From Candidatus Aenigmatarchaeota archaeon (lineage in GTDB: Archaea; Aenigmatarchaeota; Aenigmatarchaeia; PWEA01; JACQIF01): a stretch of 64,000 nt of DNA. Below, one piece after another: positions 46,094-56,333 of the stretch (the first letter of the stretch is position 1; each line of letters opens with the position of its first letter). The translations under genes and the position numbers were made by a program. The notes under the pieces are model-generated. The model was not told the DNA's origin and did not search any database. It worked only from the letters and a program-made list of their open reading frames with translations. Location: contig CP066684.1 of assembly GCA_016432325.1 (NCBI GenBank), forward strand, positions 256,001-320,000, read 5' to 3'.

Positions 46094-46615
46094 TCATTTT
46101 TTTCTCTTCTTGTCGATGTCGAGCGCCTCGTCTTCCACTTCCATCGTCTTCTTGAAGATGGACGCGAGATGCACGAAATATTTTCCGTCTTCCTTTATCT
46201 CCACGATGAGCGGCTCTTTTTGGACGAGCTTCGCGACGTTGATGTCGTAGACTCCCTCGTCTATGACGCGTATGGCCTCGAGATCGAATTCGACGTCGTC
46301 AACGACGCGCGTCTCCTTGTGATGGAGTTTCTCAATCGCGCTTTGAACTTTCTTCACGACGTCCTGAGGGCTCGGCGCTTCTCTCGGAGAGGGTCGACTG
46401 CGCTCTCGCGGGGCATCAAAAGAAGCGGGTCCCGGCGATGCGCCGGGCGCGCGCTGCGCAAGTCCCGACACGACGGCGCGCTCGTGCGCGAGCATGCGCT
46501 GCGAAGGTTTGACGCGCTGGTAGATGAAGATGTTCGAGCCGCATTCGCAGCCTTTGACGAGCTCCACGGCGTAGTTGTCGTACGTGCGTCCGCAAGACGC
46601 GCATTTGTTCGGCAT
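46094..46615 (-). CDS. OapC/ArvC-like Zn-ribbon protein
   Basis: MPNKCASCG...GCECGSNIF; AIRVIDEGVYDINV...GKYFVHL. Confidence 0.85.
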   Translation of the reverse strand: MPNKCASCGRTYDNYAVELVKGCECGSNIFIYQRVKPSQRMLAHERAVVSGLAQRAPGASPGPASFDAPRERSRPSPREAPSPQDVVKKVQSAIEKLHHKETRVVDDVEFDLEAIRVIDEGVYDINVAKLVQKEPLIVEIKEDGKYFVHLASIFKKTMEVEDEALDIDKKRKK

Positions 46616-46646
46616 AGTAACGGTTAAGAGGCACAATAGTATAAAT

Positions 46647-47261
46647 CTACAAGTAGCGGTGCAACGCCATCTCGAACGCCGCGTACTTCATGTTCTGCCT
46701 CGTCTCCTCGAGCTTCGCGTACGCCTTCCACGCCTCGAACTCGGGGTCGTCTTTTCTCTTGTTCAGAACCGCAGTCAGCGTCTCCCGCGCCTCGTTAAGC
46801 CTGTTCAGCCTGCCCAGCGCGGACTCGAAAGACATAGCGGGCTTCCACGGCCCGTCGTCCTTTACGCCTCCGCGACGCAGAGGGTGCCCGTAGAAGAACT
46901 TCGCGGCGTATCCCTTTGCAACGTCAGAACGTCTTACATGCTGCGCGTCGCGGGCGGCCCATTCAGGGACGTTGGGAAACTCTACAGGGACTTTCCCGGG
47001 TATCCTCTCAGCCGCGCGCCCTATCTTTTCTCGCATCTGGTAGAGCTCCTCCCTGCAGTAAGCGAGTTGGTCCGGAAGCGCTCCGTCGCGAGCCATGTAG
47101 TTCGCGGCATAGTGAAGCAACGTTATCTTGGGCGACGCCACGGGGCCTCTCGACGCGCCCGGCAGTTCGTCGCCTATGTATCTGGGAAATCCCGATCTCG
47201 AAGCGCGCCGCCTCAGGCGAAGGTCCTCCCTGTGAAGATCGAGGAACGTTCGGTCGTCCAT
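46647..47261 (-). CDS. Hypothetical protein
   Basis: Helical ORF; start uncertain. Confidence 0.5.
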   Translation of the reverse strand: MDDRTFLDLHREDLRLRRRASRSGFPRYIGDELPGASRGPVASPKITLLHYAANYMARDGALPDQLAYCREELYQMREKIGRAAERIPGKVPVEFPNVPEWAARDAQHVRRSDVAKGYAAKFFYGHPLRRGGVKDDGPWKPAMSFESALGRLNRLNEARETLTAVLNKRKDDPEFEAWKAYAKLEETRQNMKYAAFEMALHRYL

Positions 47262-47319
47262 AGTAATCACTTTACCATGGTGACAATTCGTATTTAAAGC
47301 TTTCTGTGCCTCCAGAAGC

Positions 47320-47868
47320 ATGAACGAAGAGAATGGCTACAGGATACCTCTCGTCAAACCGCAGAGGGTCGACGCCGTCCGGGAGCTCGAGGTCAGCGGC
47401 CCGTGGCTTACAAAATCCGACGCCGCGCTTGACGTTTCTCTGTCGATGCCTCTCGACGAGCTCAGGGACGAATTCATGGCCTGCGATCCCGACGAGCTGG
47501 CGCACGTCGGAACAGACATACGAGGCCTCAGGATATACGACGTCAGGGGTATCGAACCCGGAAAAGTCGGCGGAACCGAATTTCACCGCGTGCGCCAAGA
47601 ACTCGCCTTCTGCAAGAGAGGCGCCGTCGAATGGGTGTGCCAGGACGTCTACGGGCAAATAAGGACGTTCGTACTCACGCAGGCAAACGCGGTGCGCGTG
47701 CCGCCTTTCATAAAGCACACCTACAAGGCTCTCGAGACCAGCGACCTGCAGGTCGTGGCGAATACTCTGTACAACGCGGACAATCCTAGAACGCACGACA
47801 CCTTCTCGGCGGCGGACTTCGATATCCTGAAGAAAAGCTTCAACGGAGCTTCGCCAGCAGGGAAATAG
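47320..47868 (+). CDS. Cupin (WxcM/RmlC-like) protein
   Basis: GGTEFHRVRQEL...VPPFIKHTY...LYNADNP..HDT. Confidence 0.7.
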   Translation: MNEENGYRIPLVKPQRVDAVRELEVSGPWLTKSDAALDVSLSMPLDELRDEFMACDPDELAHVGTDIRGLRIYDVRGIEPGKVGGTEFHRVRQELAFCKRGAVEWVCQDVYGQIRTFVLTQANAVRVPPFIKHTYKALETSDLQVVANTLYNADNPRTHDTFSAADFDILKKSFNGASPAGK

Positions 47869-48208
47869 CGTCCTTCTCCTCGCGGACCTTCTCTATCACG
47901 TCAGAAGAGCCTACTACCACGAGGCCCTCGCGTCTCTCCCAGCCGAACAGGCGCGTTATCGCGTCGAACGGGCCTGCGCGGGCGTCGAAACCGACGAACT
48001 CTATCCCCGGGAAGCCGGCCTTTGCCTCGCGCACCGAACGCTCTATAAGGAGCTTCTTCTCGTCTGCGGTGAGCGCCTCTTCCAGAACGACGATTGTGCG
48101 GTTCTTGACCTTGTCGAAAATCATCTTGAGCTTTTCGTTGAAACTCTTGCGCGCCAGCCGCTCGCGTGACAGGAACTCTATGTTTATTCCTTTCGCCGAT
48201 TTGCGCAC
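47840..48208 (-). CDS. OapB/ArvB (DUF2073) protein
   Basis: EKLKMIFDKVK..IVVLEEAL...FPGIE...GLVVVG. Confidence 0.85.
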   Translation of the reverse strand: MRKSAKGINIEFLSRERLARKSFNEKLKMIFDKVKNRTIVVLEEALTADEKKLLIERSVREAKAGFPGIEFVGFDARAGPFDAITRLFGWERREGLVVVGSSDVIEKVREEKDAISLLAKLR

Positions 48209-48209
48209 G

Positions 48210-48833
48210 CTAGGCCAACTCCTTCACTATTTTCTCGTACAGGGCGTCCATGTTCTTGCCCTGCTTCGCGGAGATCTCGACGCACGGATATTGGGGGAAC
48301 GCGTCCTTGACGCGCTCGGGTTTGGCGCCCTTGAGGTCAACCTTGTTCGCGACGAGCAGTATGGGGATCTTCTTGGATTCGAGGTTGCCTAAGATGGTGA
48401 CGTTGACCTGCGTGTACGGGTTGTCAGTCGAATCGAAGACGACCAAACAGGCGTCCACGTTGTCCAGCCACTTTATCGCTTCGACTATGCCTTTTGTCGC
48501 TTCCTTGGAGCGGTTCTTGGCCTTCTTGGCGGCCATTCCGTACTTGACAAAGTCCTTGTAATCGACGCGGGTAGCTATGCCCGGCATGTCAAGCAGGTTC
48601 ATGTTGATGCGGTGGCCATTGCTTTCGAGAACGAGCTTCTCCTTCTTCTTGACCATGCGCGTCTCGTGAGGAATCTCGGATACCTTGGTGAACTCTCCGC
48701 CGCCAAAGTCCTTGGAGATGCGGTTGGCGAGCGTGGACTTGCCTGTGTTGGGCGGCCCGTAAAGGCCTAGGCTTATCTCCTTGCGGCCTCCGAAGAGACG
48801 CGCGAAAAACTGCTTGATTACCCTGAATACCAT
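48210..48833 (-). CDS. Small GTPase OapA/ArvA (Era-like)
   Basis: GPPNTGKSTLANRI, IPHETR, DMPG, EATKGIVEAIKWL, NKVD, ISA. Confidence 0.92.
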   Translation of the reverse strand: MVFRVIKQFFARLFGGRKEISLGLYGPPNTGKSTLANRISKDFGGGEFTKVSEIPHETRMVKKKEKLVLESNGHRINMNLLDMPGIATRVDYKDFVKYGMAAKKAKNRSKEATKGIVEAIKWLDNVDACLVVFDSTDNPYTQVNVTILGNLESKKIPILLVANKVDLKGAKPERVKDAFPQYPCVEISAKQGKNMDALYEKIVKELA

Positions 48834-48991
48834 AGATATCGTTCCGTGTTTTAGTGTGTTGAACGTAGGTCGTATAAATATGCATTCGCGTGCGCGGCAC
48901 GTATCCGTAAGATCCGTATACAACTGTTTATGCTATCTATATATTCGGGCTTGTCCAAACTTGATAAGGGCACGGCTTGGTTAAAATTTCC

Positions 48992-49900
48992 ATGGGTAGT
49001 CGCAGCACCGGTTTCTACGGATTTCCAGTCAAACTTATCGGCTCCAGGAGCATTGGAATGGTCGACGATCTAATAAGGCCGGCGGATTACATTGTCTTGG
49101 AACTTGGAAGAGACCCTTTCGCGTCAGATAGGCAAAAGATGAGGAGGGAATCGCGCAAATATGATTTTTCTCTCGTTACTCATGAACATAGGGACCACAA
49201 CGGCGAACCCGGCAGCCAATACGGCAGCCATAGGGAACAGCTTGTGGACAGGATAGAGAACCTGATAAGAGACAGGCGGGATTTGAAACAATTCGTCCCC
49301 AAGAACTACGAAACGTTTGATTACAGCGCAATCATCAATGGCTCTGTTCACATGCTCCCGGTAGCGCCTGTTGCGGCACAATTAAAAGAGGCGAAACCGG
49401 TGGAAACCTATCCTCTACACGGCAGCGACAGCGTAACGCGCGCACGCACGTTGCACGGCTCCTATACGGGATTCCCGATGGATTACGTGTACCACACGAG
49501 CTACGTCTTCAACATCGACGGTGTCGTCATCGGAGTAATGGGCGACAACCACGGCCAGATGAAAGGACAGAAGGTAAAAGTTGATGACAGGGAAATCGAG
49601 CTTCTTGACTTCCTGGAAGAGATTGGGGTAAATGTCCTTATATCCGACGGAGTCAGCATTTCACACGCGAGCAGCCCGGCGGCTATCGAGAACGGCATAC
49701 AGACGTCTCTGAGGGCGCTGGAGATCCCGACGCTCAAGTATTTCATCCAGGACCACCACGCGAGCCGCTTCGATCCGGACGCCGGCGAACTCATGGGAAT
49801 AGTGCAACCGCAGGCGGAAGAGCGCGGAATCGAATACGGACTGGTTTCGCACTTCATTCAGAACGACGGCCACCTGCGCGGCTTTAAGGCCGTCGCGTAA
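48992..49900 (+). CDS. Metallo-beta-lactamase-fold protein
   Basis: THEHRDH (HxHxDH), LHG, GDN, QDHH. Confidence 0.65.
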   Translation: MGSRSTGFYGFPVKLIGSRSIGMVDDLIRPADYIVLELGRDPFASDRQKMRRESRKYDFSLVTHEHRDHNGEPGSQYGSHREQLVDRIENLIRDRRDLKQFVPKNYETFDYSAIINGSVHMLPVAPVAAQLKEAKPVETYPLHGSDSVTRARTLHGSYTGFPMDYVYHTSYVFNIDGVVIGVMGDNHGQMKGQKVKVDDREIELLDFLEEIGVNVLISDGVSISHASSPAAIENGIQTSLRALEIPTLKYFIQDHHASRFDPDAGELMGIVQPQAEERGIEYGLVSHFIQNDGHLRGFKAVA

Positions 49901-49984
49901 ATTACTGCAATATAAAGATTTGTTCGGCGAACGCAAGACAAACGCATATAAAGATGCCGCGCGTTCTAACGTCGGGTGTGCTGA

Positions 49985-50635
49985 TTGAAGCTCAGTAACG
50001 ACATCTTCCTGCTCGATGGCGCGGAACCGGACTCGAACGTCTTTCTTATCGATGGAGAACTGCTCATTGACACCGGCTCCGGCCTGTACATGCAGGAAAC
50101 TCTCGACCAGATGGCCGAATACGGATTAAACCCGAAGGCGATAAAGCTCATCGTCATCACGCACGCCCACTTCGGCCACTGCGGCGCGATAAAGGAGTGG
50201 AAGAAGCTTACAGGCGCGAAGGTCGCCGTGCATCAAGGAGACCTTGACGCGCTCGAAAAGGGCGAAGGGGTGTTCTACGACGAGGACACCGTAGATTACG
50301 CAGGCGTACGGCCGGACGTCGTGCTCAAGGACGGAGAGACCGTAAAGACAAGGAACCACGCGTTCACCGTCGTTCATGCGCCCGGCCACAGTCCTGGTTC
50401 TATATGTCTGTGGGAACCGAAGCAACGCGTGCTCGTCTCCGGAGACCTGCTGTTCCTGGACGGGGTGGGCGACCAGATACCGACGGCCGACGCGAGCGCG
50501 CTCGCCGCGTCGCTGAAGAAGGTCAAGAAACTCGGAGACATTGAGATACTGCTGCCGGGCCACGGGGCCCCGGCGCACAAGAGGAATCCTTATGCCAAAG
50601 ACGCCATCAAAAAAGCTCTCGCGCAAATCAAGTAA
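49985..50635 (+). CDS. MBL-fold metallohydrolase
   Basis: LIDTG, THAHFGH, PGHSPGS, SGD, LPGHG. Confidence 0.9.
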   Translation: MKLSNDIFLLDGAEPDSNVFLIDGELLIDTGSGLYMQETLDQMAEYGLNPKAIKLIVITHAHFGHCGAIKEWKKLTGAKVAVHQGDLDALEKGEGVFYDEDTVDYAGVRPDVVLKDGETVKTRNHAFTVVHAPGHSPGSICLWEPKQRVLVSGDLLFLDGVGDQIPTADASALAASLKKVKKLGDIEILLPGHGAPAHKRNPYAKDAIKKALAQIK

Positions 50636-50879
50636 GCCCGCAGGCGACGGTCTGAAAGACCGCATCCTCGCCGCCATCTTTCTCGCAGGGGAAGCGGGCG
50701 TGCCCTTGGAGAAGATAGCGACCGTCCTGCAGGCCGATCTTGAAGAAGAGGGCGTCGCCGAGACGCTGGAAACGGTCCTCGTGGAGATGTCCAACGACGG
50801 TCTGGTTTCCGCGGACGGGCAAGACAGCTACTTCATCGAAGACAAGGGCTTCAGGAGAATCGAGAAATTCCCGGACTGA
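50592..50879 (+). CDS. Small wHTH-like protein
   Basis: RILAAIF...LEKIATVL...EMSNDGLV...YFIEDKG. Confidence 0.55.
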   Translation: MPKTPSKKLSRKSSKPAGDGLKDRILAAIFLAGEAGVPLEKIATVLQADLEEEGVAETLETVLVEMSNDGLVSADGQDSYFIEDKGFRRIEKFPD

Positions 50880-50931
50880 TGTTCTGCGCAATAGATAACT
50901 TTATATATCGACCGAACTCCTTTCTGTCCAG

Positions 50932-50979
50932 ACACAACAGGTTGTGGTTGCGCACGTTCGCGAACACAACAGGTTGTGT
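50932..50979 (+). promoter_or_regulatory. Tandem NrdR boxes (50932-50947, 50964-50979)
   Basis: ACACAACAGGTTGTGG and ACACAACAGGTTGTGT, 32 bp start-to-start, between TATA (about 50900) and nrdR. Confidence 0.85.
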
Positions 50980-50998
50980 TCTAAGAAAGTAGTAACAG

Positions 50999-51454
50999 GT
51001 GCCCGGTCTGAACTGTCCTTATTGCGCCCACACGGAAACGCGTGTCGTAGACAAACGCGAATCCGAGGACGAATCGACGCGCCGCAGGCGCGAATGCACG
51101 TCGTGCGTCAAGCGTTTCACCACGTACGAGCGCGTGGAGTCGCTTGACATGACGGTGGTAAAGCGGAACGGCGCCAAGGAACCCTTTATGAGGGAGAAGA
51201 TTCTGATGGGCATGAAAAGGGCGTGCGAGAAGAGGCCTATAACGGACGCCGAAATCGAAGAAGCAGTCGACTCCGTGGAACGCGTGCTCCGCAGGCGCAA
51301 ATCCACAGAGGTCAAGAGCACGGACATCGGGGACCTTGTGCTGAGAAAGCTCAAAGCGCTCGACGAAGTCGCATACATAAGGTTCGCGTCCGTATACCAG
51401 TCATTCGAAAGCGCCAAGGCCTTCGCAAAAGAAGTGGCGGCGCTGAAAATATAA
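50999..51454 (+). CDS. nrdR: Transcriptional repressor NrdR
   Basis: CPYC...TRVVDKR...RRRRECTSCVKRFTTYE, ATP cone, VAYIRFASVY; true start possibly CTG at 51008. Confidence 0.96.
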   Translation: MPGLNCPYCAHTETRVVDKRESEDESTRRRRECTSCVKRFTTYERVESLDMTVVKRNGAKEPFMREKILMGMKRACEKRPITDAEIEEAVDSVERVLRRRKSTEVKSTDIGDLVLRKLKALDEVAYIRFASVYQSFESAKAFAKEVAALKI

Positions 51455-51460
51455 GGGGGG

Positions 51461-54400
51461 ATGTTCATGAAAGCACAGGCGGCGCAGGCCGTGAAAAGCG
51501 CCGAGAAGGCGGGGAGCGGTTTGCGAATCGACAGGCGTTACACTCAACAGGGCGCGAGCGTTTTTGACCAGATCGAATGGACCACGCGCTCGTCCATCAT
51601 AGCAGAACCGGACGGCACCGTCGTCTTCAAATTCGACAAGGTTGAGGTCCCTGCGGCCTGGTCCCAGCTCGCGACAGACATTCTCGCCTCGAAATATCTC
51701 AAGCGCGCGCAAGTGAAAACCCAGGATGGCACCGTAGGCTCGGAAACCAGCGCGCGGCAGGTCGTCTCGCGAATAGCGACCACGTTCCGCTGGTTCGGTG
51801 AGAAGTACGGCTATTTCGCGTCCGCAGACGACGCGCAGGCGTTCGAGGACGAACTGACGTATCTGCTCATAACACAGCGCGCGGCCTTCAACAGCCCTGT
51901 CTGGTTCAACGTCGGCCACTGGCACTATCACAACATAAACCAGGACGGCGACAACTGGGCATGGGACATGGAGAACGGTCGCGTCTATCAGGAGAACAAC
52001 TACTACGCCCGCCCGCAAGGAGCGGCGTGCTTCATCCAGAGATGCGAGGACTGGATAAACGGACCCATGGGTATAATGGACCTCGTGGACAAGGAAGCGC
52101 GTCTCTTCAAGGGCGGCTCCGGCACAGGCACGAACTTCTCGCGCGTACGCGGCAGAGACGAACCGCTGTCGGGAGGGGGCGTTTCGAGCGGACTGATGAG
52201 CTTCCTTAAGATTCTCGACACCAACGCAGGCAGCATCAAGTCAGGAGGAACCACGCGCCGCGCGGCCAAGATGGTCATCCTCGACGCGGACCACCCTGAC
52301 ATAGAGGAGTTCGTCGGGTGGAAAGCGCACGAGGAAAAGAAGGCCAAGCTGCTGTTGCAGGCCGGGATCGGCCTCGATTCTATGGGCCGCCCGGACTTCA
52401 ACGGCGAGGCGTATACTACCGTTTCCGGCCAGAACTCCAACAATTCCGTGCGCGTTACAGACGAATTCATGAACGCCATTCGCGAAGACAAGGAGTGGAA
52501 TCTCATCGCGCGCAGGAGCAAGAAGACATGGAAGACCGTTCGTGCGAAGGAACTCTGGAACAAGATTTCCCGATGCGCATGGGAGTGCGCGGACCCCGGA
52601 GTGCAATACGACGATACGATACAGAGATGGCACACCTGCAAGAACACGGACAAGATATACGCGACAAACCCGTGCTCGGAGTTTGTGTTCCTTGACGAAA
52701 CGTCATGCAATCTCGCGTCCGTGAACCTTCTGAAGTTTTTCGACGATACGAAATTCGACGTGGACGCGTACAGGTACGCGTGCCGCGTGATGTTCATCGC
52801 GCAGGAGATAGGCGTCGACCTCTTCTCCTACCCGAGCCGCACGATTGCGGAGACCACGCACAAGACGCGGCCGCTCGGTCTCGGTTACGCGAATCTCGGA
52901 ACGCTTTTGATGTGCATGGGCCTGCCGTACGACAGCGCAGAAGGCCGCGCTATGGCAGGCGCGCTGACCGCGCTCATGACAGGAGAGGCCTATCTTACGT
53001 CCGTTGAGATGGCCCGCGTCAAAGGCCCTTTCGCACTGTACGAGGAGAACAGGGAGCCGATGCTCGGCGTAATGAGAATGCACCGCGACTCAACGTACGA
53101 GCTCTTCCGCACAGGAAGCCCGATACCCGAAAAGATGGCCGGCGCGATGCCGGAGAAATGGTTCGAGGATATAGCAAAGACCGCTGTGGAAGTCTGGGAC
53201 GATGTCGTCGAGGAAGGGAGCAAGCACGGCTTCAGGAACGCGCAGGCGACGGTCCTCGCGCCCACAGGAACGATAGCGCTGCTGATGGACTGCGACACCA
53301 CAGGCGTCGAACCGGACTTTAGCCTCGTCAAGTGGAAGAAGCTCGCTGGCGGAGGATATTTCCGCATCATCAACCAGTCTGTTCCACGCGCGCTGCGCAA
53401 CCTCGGCTATACGAACGAACAGGTCAAGGTGATAGAAGAGCACGTGCTGGGCAAGAGGACGGCCGACGGGACCGTGCTCGAACTGGGCAAGGAGACGATA
53501 GAAGGCGCTCCGCACGTACGCACGGAACACTACGCGGTCTTCGACTGCGCCAACAGGTGCGGCGACGGCGTCCGCTTCATAGCCCCTGAAGGCCACATAC
53601 ATATGATGGCCGCGTCACAGCCTTTCCTCTCGGGCGCGATATCGAAGACCGTGAATCTCCCTTCTGACGTTACGGTGGAAGACGTGGCACGCACGTACGA
53701 ACTGGGATGGAACCTCGGCCTCAAGGCCATAGCGCTCTACCGCGACGGCTGTAAAGCATCGCAACCGCTCAACGCCAAGGCCGCCATAAAGGCCGAAGCG
53801 AAGGAAGAGGGGCCTACGTGGGGAGAGATGGTACGCCTCCCAAAGTTCACGGACAACATCATCAAGCGCGAAGTCGCCGTGATGGACCCGAAGCTCGGCA
53901 GAATAAAGATGCACATAATCTTCTGCGAGGACGACCGCGGAAGGCCCATGGAAGTTTTCATGGCTGTCGGCCGCAACGCCTCGTCGGTCAACGAGTTCTG
54001 CCGCGACCTTGGAATCGCATGGTCCAAGCAGCTGCAGCTCGGCCGCCCTGCCAAGGATCTTGCCCTTGACATGGTTGGAGAGGTTGGGGCAATCGCAGGC
54101 ATGACAGACCACCCGCTCTTCAAGACGTGCATGTCTGTGAAGGACCTCGTCGGCAAGATGACCCTCTACGAGTACTACGGAAAGACCGATTTCATAAATC
54201 CCGAAGTTCTGGAGACGTACCAGAAGTCGCTGAACTATGTCAAGCCCCGCTGGCAGGTCCTTGAGGAACTGCACCACCTGCGTTCGCTGCGGGAAGCGCG
54301 AAAGGAAAAGCCGCTGACCGCGTTCACAACGCCTGCGGCGGCAAAGGACAGCGTGGACCCGCACGAAATAGCGAAGAAGTTCATGGCTGACGCGCCTGAC

Positions 54401-54484
54401 TGCGACGTCTGCGGCTTCAAGACCGTGCGCAACGCCGCGTGCTTCAAGTGCCTTAACTGCGGGAACAGCATGGGATGTTCGTGA
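51461..54484 (+). CDS. nrdJ: Class II (AdoCbl) ribonucleotide reductase, long form with TSCPD-like and Zn-finger C-terminus
   Basis: FNSPVWFN, AACFI, TNPCSE, CNLASVN, APTGTI, AISKTVN, YRDG. Confidence 0.95.
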   Translation: MFMKAQAAQAVKSAEKAGSGLRIDRRYTQQGASVFDQIEWTTRSSIIAEPDGTVVFKFDKVEVPAAWSQLATDILASKYLKRAQVKTQDGTVGSETSARQVVSRIATTFRWFGEKYGYFASADDAQAFEDELTYLLITQRAAFNSPVWFNVGHWHYHNINQDGDNWAWDMENGRVYQENNYYARPQGAACFIQRCEDWINGPMGIMDLVDKEARLFKGGSGTGTNFSRVRGRDEPLSGGGVSSGLMSFLKILDTNAGSIKSGGTTRRAAKMVILDADHPDIEEFVGWKAHEEKKAKLLLQAGIGLDSMGRPDFNGEAYTTVSGQNSNNSVRVTDEFMNAIREDKEWNLIARRSKKTWKTVRAKELWNKISRCAWECADPGVQYDDTIQRWHTCKNTDKIYATNPCSEFVFLDETSCNLASVNLLKFFDDTKFDVDAYRYACRVMFIAQEIGVDLFSYPSRTIAETTHKTRPLGLGYANLGTLLMCMGLPYDSAEGRAMAGALTALMTGEAYLTSVEMARVKGPFALYEENREPMLGVMRMHRDSTYELFRTGSPIPEKMAGAMPEKWFEDIAKTAVEVWDDVVEEGSKHGFRNAQATVLAPTGTIALLMDCDTTGVEPDFSLVKWKKLAGGGYFRIINQSVPRALRNLGYTNEQVKVIEEHVLGKRTADGTVLELGKETIEGAPHVRTEHYAVFDCANRCGDGVRFIAPEGHIHMMAASQPFLSGAISKTVNLPSDVTVEDVARTYELGWNLGLKAIALYRDGCKASQPLNAKAAIKAEAKEEGPTWGEMVRLPKFTDNIIKREVAVMDPKLGRIKMHIIFCEDDRGRPMEVFMAVGRNASSVNEFCRDLGIAWSKQLQLGRPAKDLALDMVGEVGAIAGMTDHPLFKTCMSVKDLVGKMTLYEYYGKTDFINPEVLETYQKSLNYVKPRWQVLEELHHLRSLREARKEKPLTAFTTPAAAKDSVDPHEIAKKFMADAPDCDVCGFKTVRNAACFKCLNCGNSMGCS

Positions 54485-54521
54485 ACTCAATCCTTTTATT
54501 TCGGCTGAACGAACTATATCC

Positions 54522-56333
54522 ATGCTCCTAGACCGCCCGCCAAAGACGAAGCTCGCGTTAACGGACAACGCGAAGCGCGTGCTCCAGAAGCGCTACCTGA
54601 GGAAGGACGTCCGCGGGCGCGTCGTCGAGACGCCGGCGCAGATGTTATGGCGCGTCGCGCGCAAAATCGCCTCTGTGAACGCGCGTTACGGAGACCGCTC
54701 AACAGAACGCGAAGCCAGGGAATTTTACGGTATCATGGCGCGCCTCGAATTCCTGCCCAACTCGCCGACGCTCATGAACGCGGGCACGCCTTTGCAGCAG
54801 CTGTCCGCGTGTTTCGTACTGCCTGTCGAAGACTCGCTGGACGGCATCTACGACGCGCTCAAATTGCAGGCGCTGATACAACAGACAGGCGGAGGCACAG
54901 GATTCTCGTTCTCGCATCTGCGACCCGAGGGGGACGTAGTCAGGGAGACGGGCGGAGTCGCGTCAGGACCCGTGTCATTCGCACGCGTGTTCGACTGCAG
55001 CACGGACGCGATAAAGCAGGGCGGCCGCAGGCGCGGCGCCAACATGGGCATCCTGCGTTACGACCACCCGGACATCGTGAAGTTCGTCGACGCGAAGCTC
55101 GCCGAAGGCGCGCTGAAAAACTTCAACGTCTCGGTGAGCGTCACGGACGACTTCATGCGGCGCGCGGAGCACGGCCAGAGCTTCAAGCTCATCAACCCCC
55201 GCACGCGCAAATCGGAAGGCGTCCTGAACGCGGAAAGGCTGCTCGACAGGATATGCGAGAACGCGTGGAAGAGCGCCGAACCCGGAATGGTATTCGTCGA
55301 TCGTATCGAGCGTGACAATCCTACCCCGAAGATAGGCCGCCTCGAGGCGACCAATCCGTGCGCCGAACAGCCTCTGTTACCATACGAGGCGTGCAATCTG
55401 GGCTCCATAAACCTGACTAAGTGCGTGCGCGGGTCTCTTGGGCGGGCGCGCATCGATTGGAAGAAGCTTGCGTATCTCGTGGACACGGGGGTGCGCTTCC
55501 TTGACAACGTAGTTGACGCGTCTGTCTTCCCAGACCGCCGCATAACGGCTGTCGTGCGCGGCAACAGGAAGATAGGCCTCGGCGTCATGGGTTTCGCTGA
55601 TGCGCTCGTGTTGATGGGAATGCCTTACGACTCCAAGGAGGCGCTGGAGACCGCAGAACGCATCATGAAGTTCGTAGACGAACATGCGAAGGAAACCTCT
55701 ATCCGAATAGCCGAAGCGCGCGGCCCCTTCCCCAACTTCAGCAGGAGCATCTATGCGAAGGGAGATCCGATACGCAACGCGACGCGAACGACGATAGCGC
55801 CAACGGGAACGATAAGCATGCTCGCGGACTGCTCATCGGGCATCGAACCGCTGTACTCCGTGTACTATACGAAGAACGTACTGGAAGGCGAGCACCTCTC
55901 CGAAATCAACCCGTATCTTGTCCTGCTGGCAAAGAAGCGCGGGTTCTATTCCGTGAAGTTCGTCGGAAGCCTTCGCGGCCGCCACACCATACGCGACATG
56001 AAAGGGGTTCCGGAGGACGTGCGCCGGCTGTTCGTAACGGCTCACGACGTGACGCCAGAACGGCACGTCCGCATGCAGGCCGCGTTCCAAAAACACACGG
56101 ACAACGCGGTGTCAAAGACGATAAACCTTCCTGCAGACTCGAGCGCCCGGGATGTCAAAAATGCGTACGTTCTTGCGTGGCGATTGGGCTGCAAGGGCAT
56201 AACGGTTTACCGCGAAGGCACACGATTGGGCCAGGTCATAACAGCAGGAGGCGTCTGCGAGGAGTGCGGCGGGACGTACGCAACTATTGAAGGTGCCTTT
56301 GTCTGCAAGACATGCGGAGACTCGGGAGAATGA
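54522..56333 (+). CDS. nrdJ: Second class II ribonucleotide reductase, compact form
   Basis: PNSPTLMNAG, LSACFV, TNPCAEQ, CNLGSIN, APTGTIS, AVSKTIN; C-terminal CxxC-CxxC. Confidence 0.95.
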   Translation: MLLDRPPKTKLALTDNAKRVLQKRYLRKDVRGRVVETPAQMLWRVARKIASVNARYGDRSTEREAREFYGIMARLEFLPNSPTLMNAGTPLQQLSACFVLPVEDSLDGIYDALKLQALIQQTGGGTGFSFSHLRPEGDVVRETGGVASGPVSFARVFDCSTDAIKQGGRRRGANMGILRYDHPDIVKFVDAKLAEGALKNFNVSVSVTDDFMRRAEHGQSFKLINPRTRKSEGVLNAERLLDRICENAWKSAEPGMVFVDRIERDNPTPKIGRLEATNPCAEQPLLPYEACNLGSINLTKCVRGSLGRARIDWKKLAYLVDTGVRFLDNVVDASVFPDRRITAVVRGNRKIGLGVMGFADALVLMGMPYDSKEALETAERIMKFVDEHAKETSIRIAEARGPFPNFSRSIYAKGDPIRNATRTTIAPTGTISMLADCSSGIEPLYSVYYTKNVLEGEHLSEINPYLVLLAKKRGFYSVKFVGSLRGRHTIRDMKGVPEDVRRLFVTAHDVTPERHVRMQAAFQKHTDNAVSKTINLPADSSARDVKNAYVLAWRLGCKGITVYREGTRLGQVITAGGVCEECGGTYATIEGAFVCKTCGDSGE

